Shown: in pieces, positions 58,878-64,000 of the stretch | Position numbering within the stretch: position 1 is the stretch's first letter | Layout of the letters: the number at the start of each line of letters is the position of its first letter | Translations under genes and position numbers: made by a program | The notes under the pieces: generated by a model | The model's input: only the letters and a program-made list of their open reading frames with translations | The model's database searches: none | Told to the model about the DNA's origin: nothing | Source of the DNA: Candidatus Poriferihabitaceae bacterium | Lineage (GTDB): Bacteria > Pseudomonadota > Gammaproteobacteria > Arenicellales > Poriferihabitantaceae | Length of the DNA: 64,000 bases | Reading direction: 5' to 3' | NCBI GenBank assembly: GCA_965204925.1 | Contig: OZ242021.1 | Span: 1,420,000-1,483,999 of the forward strand

Positions 58878-59698
58878 ATGAGTCTACAGCTTTCTAACGA
58901 AACGATTCGCCAGTACAAAGAGGACGGTGTCATTTGCCTGCGCGCAGTGTTTGATTCGAAATGGTTGCACACAGTTGGCGAATCAATTGCGCGTGGCCGG
59001 GCAAACCCCGGTGAAATGTATCTTGATTATTCGGCTGACACTAATCCGGGCAGCTATTGCACGGATATGTGGATCTGGCCCGAAAATTCTGAAATGCGCC
59101 AATTCATTTTCGAGTCGCCGGCGGCATCGCTCACAGGCCAGTTGATGGGGGCGGAATCTGTCGTACTCGTTACCGACAACTGGATGGTACGCGAAGCCGG
59201 TGCGGTGAACAGGGCGCCCTGGCACCATGACAACCCGTACTTTGACGTAAGCGGTGAGTGGTGTGTGTTGTGGATGGGGCTGGAGCCGGTTGGCGCGGGT
59301 GAGGGTGTCGTCTTTCTGAAGGGGTCGCACCGTTGGGGAAGACGCTTTATGCCGCTGAGCTTTACCGGTACGGGTCCCAAAGCGCCATTACAGCCGCCGT
59401 ATGAACATACGCCCGACTTTAGTGCAGAACTGGACAAATATGAGGTATTGGAGTATGCGCTTGAACCCGGTGACTGTCTTGTCTTTGACTCGTTAACAGT
59501 GCACGGGACTCCCAATCCTGTGCCGCCCGGGAGCAGCGTACGGCGATTGACGATGCGTTTTGCCGGCGGGGATGCCCGGTTTGAAAAGCGTGGTTCGTGG
59601 ACTGATGAGCAGTGTACATATCTGAAAAAGCACGGCCATCGCATTGGTGAATCGTTGGCGGGAGAATTGTTGCCGGTACTCTGGCAGCGAGAGGGCGC

Positions 59699-59702
<4 letters not shown>
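58878..59702 (+). CDS. Phytanoyl-CoA dioxygenase (PhyH) family Fe(II)/2-oxoglutarate oxygenase
   Basis: HxD facial-triad context PWHHDNPYFD and distal His LTVHGTP. 274 aa. Confidence 0.65.
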
Positions 59703-61271
<1,569 letters not shown>

Positions 61272-61874
61272 TCAATCCCGGATGTGAACCAGTGTTGATC
61301 GTACCCGGCCGCGCTCAAGCTGACGAATAACAGGCCAGGTTACAGGAATGGGCAAGGGAATATTCGATTTTTGTGATTCGATATAAATGAGCGCCTGGCG
61401 TTGCAGGCAACCGCTTGCAAGCAGTCCCCGGCAAGCCGTTTCAATTTCTCCTGGCTGGAAAGGAGGATCGATAAACACAAGGTCGAACTTGCCATCGACG
61501 TTTTTGAAGTAATCCTCAACCCGGTTATGCTGTATTTCAATGCGCTTGTCGGCGCCGAGCGTCTGGCTGGTTTTGTGCAGTTGGCGGACGGCGTGTTTGT
61601 TGCTTTCCACCAGTACGGCTTTACGGGCGCCTCGTGAAACCGCCTCGAAACCGAACGCTCCGCTTCCGGCGAAAAGGTCGAGACAAGCGCTGTCGGAGAT
61701 ATGCGCGGACAGCCAGTTGAACAGCGTTTCCCTGACCGCGTCCAGAGAAGGGCGTAAATCATCGATCGGGGGGAAGTGGATGACCCGGCTCCGCCATTGA
61801 CCTCCAATAATTCTGAGTTGGCCCGGTTTTTTCAAGGAAATAATCCCGACAAGCAATAAAATTCCAGGCGACAA
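61272..61874 (-). CDS. rsmD: 16S rRNA (guanine966-N2)-methyltransferase RsmD
   Basis: LRIIGGQWRSR, LDLFAGSGAFGFEAVSRGA and IDPPF. Start is a TTG at 61874 or at 61835 (MKKPGQLRIIGG). Confidence 0.85.
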   Translation of the reverse strand: MSPGILLLVGIISLKKPGQLRIIGGQWRSRVIHFPPIDDLRPSLDAVRETLFNWLSAHISDSACLDLFAGSGAFGFEAVSRGARKAVLVESNKHAVRQLHKTSQTLGADKRIEIQHNRVEDYFKNVDGKFDLVFIDPPFQPGEIETACRGLLASGCLQRQALIYIESQKSNIPLPIPVTWPVIRQLERGRVRSTLVHIRD

Positions 61875-61961
61875 TGATACGATACAGAAGCAGTTTTTAC
61901 ATTATATAATGACCACACGGCAGATACCCGTACGTTCACGAACGCCCGAATCCGGTAAATT

Positions 61962-62891
61962 ATGGCATTGAATGAGGGAATATTTTCGCGGCTGGCAAAG
62001 ACCCGGCAGGCTCTGTCTTCAGGCTTGGCGAGCCTGTTTTCATCAACGCCGGAGTTTGACGACCAACTGTTCGAGGATATCGAGGATCAGCTGATTATGG
62101 CGGATCTGGGGGTGGTTACCAGCCGCTTGATCGTTGACAGACTGCGCAGTGTGTCAACGTCCGCTCATCACGGCTCGCCGGAGCAGGTGGTCAGCAGTCT
62201 CAGGCAGATCATGCTGGCAATTCTGAACGAGGCCCAGGGCCGTGTTCCCGCGCCCGTGTCCGATAAACCCCATGTCATATTGATGGTTGGCGTCAATGGG
62301 GCCGGCAAGACCACGACACTGGCAAAAATGGCAAACCGGTTCAGGCAGAGCGGCCAATCGGTCATGATGGCCGCTTGCGATACTTTTCGCGCTGCCGCCA
62401 TTGAGCAGCTTGAGGCCTGGGGTAACAGACTCGGAATCCCGGTCATTTCCCAATCCCACGGTTCCGATGCCGCGGCGGTTGCATTCGACGCCTGCAGCGC
62501 CGCCAATGCCAGGGGGGTCGATTATCTGCTTATTGATTCGGCGGGGCGGCAACATACCCATAGCGACCTCATGGCGCAGCTGGCCAAAATCAAACGGGTA
62601 CTGGGTAAAACAGGGGGAGCGGCGCCGCATGACGTGTATCTGACAGTCGATGCAGGCAATGGCCAGAACGCGCTTTCCCAGGTTGAGAGTTTCAATCGTT
62701 CGATCCCGCTGACCGGTTTGTGTGTTACCAAACTTGACGGCACTGCCCGCGGCGGCGTAGTCATTGCGTTGGCGCACAGGTTCGGTTTGCCTGTCCGCTA
62801 TATCGGGGTTGGGGAAGGGCTTTCGGATTTGCAGCTATTTGAGGCGGATACATTTGTTTCGGCATTGTTGCCGGACGCTGCGAACCTCTGA
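61962..62891 (+). CDS. ftsY: Signal recognition particle receptor FtsY (short form, NG domain only)
   Basis: MVGVNGAGKTTT, IDSAGRQH and VTKLDGTARGG. Confidence 0.93.
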   Translation: MALNEGIFSRLAKTRQALSSGLASLFSSTPEFDDQLFEDIEDQLIMADLGVVTSRLIVDRLRSVSTSAHHGSPEQVVSSLRQIMLAILNEAQGRVPAPVSDKPHVILMVGVNGAGKTTTLAKMANRFRQSGQSVMMAACDTFRAAAIEQLEAWGNRLGIPVISQSHGSDAAAVAFDACSAANARGVDYLLIDSAGRQHTHSDLMAQLAKIKRVLGKTGGAAPHDVYLTVDAGNGQNALSQVESFNRSIPLTGLCVTKLDGTARGGVVIALAHRFGLPVRYIGVGEGLSDLQLFEADTFVSALLPDAANL

Positions 62892-62902
62892 TCATGAAGG
62901 CG

Positions 62903-63121
62903 CTAGCGTACACGAAAAACGATTCGGCCTTTGGTCAGATCATAGGGCGTGAGTTGGACAGTTACCTTGTCTCCTCGTAGTATGCGGATATAGTGCTTGC
63001 GCATTTTCCCGGAGATATAGGCAATGATCTCGTGTCCGTTTTCGAGCTCCACCCGAAACAGGGTATTGGGCAAGGCTTCTATAATCGTGCCTTCCATTTC
63101 TATACCTTCTTCTTTTGCCAT
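62903..63121 (-). CDS. infA: Translation initiation factor IF-1
   Basis: 72 aa: [48 protein letters not shown]. Confidence 0.95.
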   Translation of the reverse strand: MAKEEGIEMEGTIIEALPNTLFRVELENGHEIIAYISGKMRKHYIRILRGDKVTVQLTPYDLTKGRIVFRVR

Positions 63122-63218
63122 CGGATTACCACAAATTGAACAGGGGCGAAGTGTAAATCAAGGCTACTGCCCAAGGCAAATGGAATAAAGTATTATGCGC
63201 CATTCATGCTAAAGTAAT

Positions 63219-64000
63219 ATGCAAGTGGCAACCGAAATGTCAGTTCAGTCCACCCGACCTGCGGTCACGATAAACACCCTGAACCGGATCAAGCGGGAGG
63301 GTAAGAAATTCGCCTGCCTGACTGCTTATGATTATTGCAGCGCCTGGGCGGCGAGTAACGCAGGTATGGAAGTACTGCTGGTCGGAGACTCATTAGGGAT
63401 GGTGATACAGGGCCACGACAGCAGCCTGCCCGTTACGATTGAGGATATGGCCTATCATGTTCGCTGCGTAAGGCGGGGCAATCTGGGCGCCCTGCTCATT
63501 GCCGATCTGCCCTTTATGAGCTACTACTCGGAACCGAAGAGCCTGGAAAATGCCGCCATACTGATGCGCGAAGGAGCCCATGTGGTCAAGCTTGAAGGCG
63601 GTAGCTGGCTGGGGGAAACGACGCGATTGTTGACGGAGAGAGGGATTCCTGTCTGCGCGCACATTGGCCTTACCCCGCAATCTATCAACCATCTTGGCGG
63701 ATATCGGGTGCAGGGGCGAGACCCCGAACAGGGCCAGGCGATTATCGACGAGGCGAAAATCCTGCAACAGGCGGGAGCCAGTATCATTCTGATCGAGTGT
63801 GTCCCGGGCTCTCTCGGCAAGAGGCTGACCGAATCGGTTAGCGTACCCGTTATCGGAATCGGCGCGGGGCCGGGGACCGATGGCCAGATTCTGGTCTGGC
63901 ATGACCTGCTCGGACTGTACCCGGGTAAAACCGCAAAATTCGTGAAGAATTTCCTGGAGGGGAATCCGCGCGGGATACAGGGGGCGCTTGAAGATTATGT
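63219..64000 (+). CDS. panB: 3-methyl-2-oxobutanoate hydroxymethyltransferase; 3' end runs off the right edge
   Basis: The plus-strand translation is absent from the track because it has no stop in the window. It includes FACLTAYDY, LLVGDSLGMVIQGH, HVVKLEGG and IGLTPQS. Start is ATG 63219 or 63237. Confidence 0.88.
   Translation, partial: MQVATEMSVQSTRPAVTINTLNRIKREGKKFACLTAYDYCSAWAASNAGMEVLLVGDSLGMVIQGHDSSLPVTIEDMAYHVRCVRRGNLGALLIADLPFMSYYSEPKSLENAAILMREGAHVVKLEGGSWLGETTRLLTERGIPVCAHIGLTPQSINHLGGYRVQGRDPEQGQAIIDEAKILQQAGASIILIECVPGSLGKRLTESVSVPVIGIGAGPGTDGQILVWHDLLGLYPGKTAKFVKNFLEGNPRGIQGALEDY

Overview
This is a 64-kb proteobacterial chromosomal window. Sampled core-gene lines are about 50-68% GC. 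No rRNA, tRNA, CRISPR array, transposase or integrase was seen.

Left part: priA (partial), a Nudix hydrolase, ubiA, recG (apparent 1-nt frameshift) and ridA. These are followed by a complete dcw division/cell-wall cluster from mraZ to lpxC, with murB present and no ddl. Its promoter region has a clear sigma70 promoter and an MraZ operator. A perfect 187-bp tandem duplication sits at the lpxC 3' end. Next come a DUF721/DciA-like gene and secA-argJ-mutT.

Centre (about 29.4-43.3 kb): an AT-rich, compositionally mosaic island. It carries Ssp-type DNA phosphorothioation genes, with sspA divergent from sspB-sspC-sspD. These converge on a tightly coupled five-gene operon:
- an SspE-like DUF262/DUF1524 protein
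- a nuclease-less SF2 helicase
- a 69-aa protein
- a DndD-like SMC ATPase
- a 143-aa protein
This operon is the best candidate for an undescribed or hybrid PT-dependent defence effector.

Right part:
- coaE-pilD
- iscR-sufBCD-sufT-Rieske, with no sufS/sufE and an IscR-type palindromic operator upstream
- murA-hisD-hisC, with no hisG
- an accessory uptake/catabolic cluster: C-N hydrolase, M24 hydrolase, EhuB-like ABC transporter, PhyH dioxygenase and a GntR regulator
- a ferredoxin, coaD, rsmD, ftsY, infA and panB (partial)
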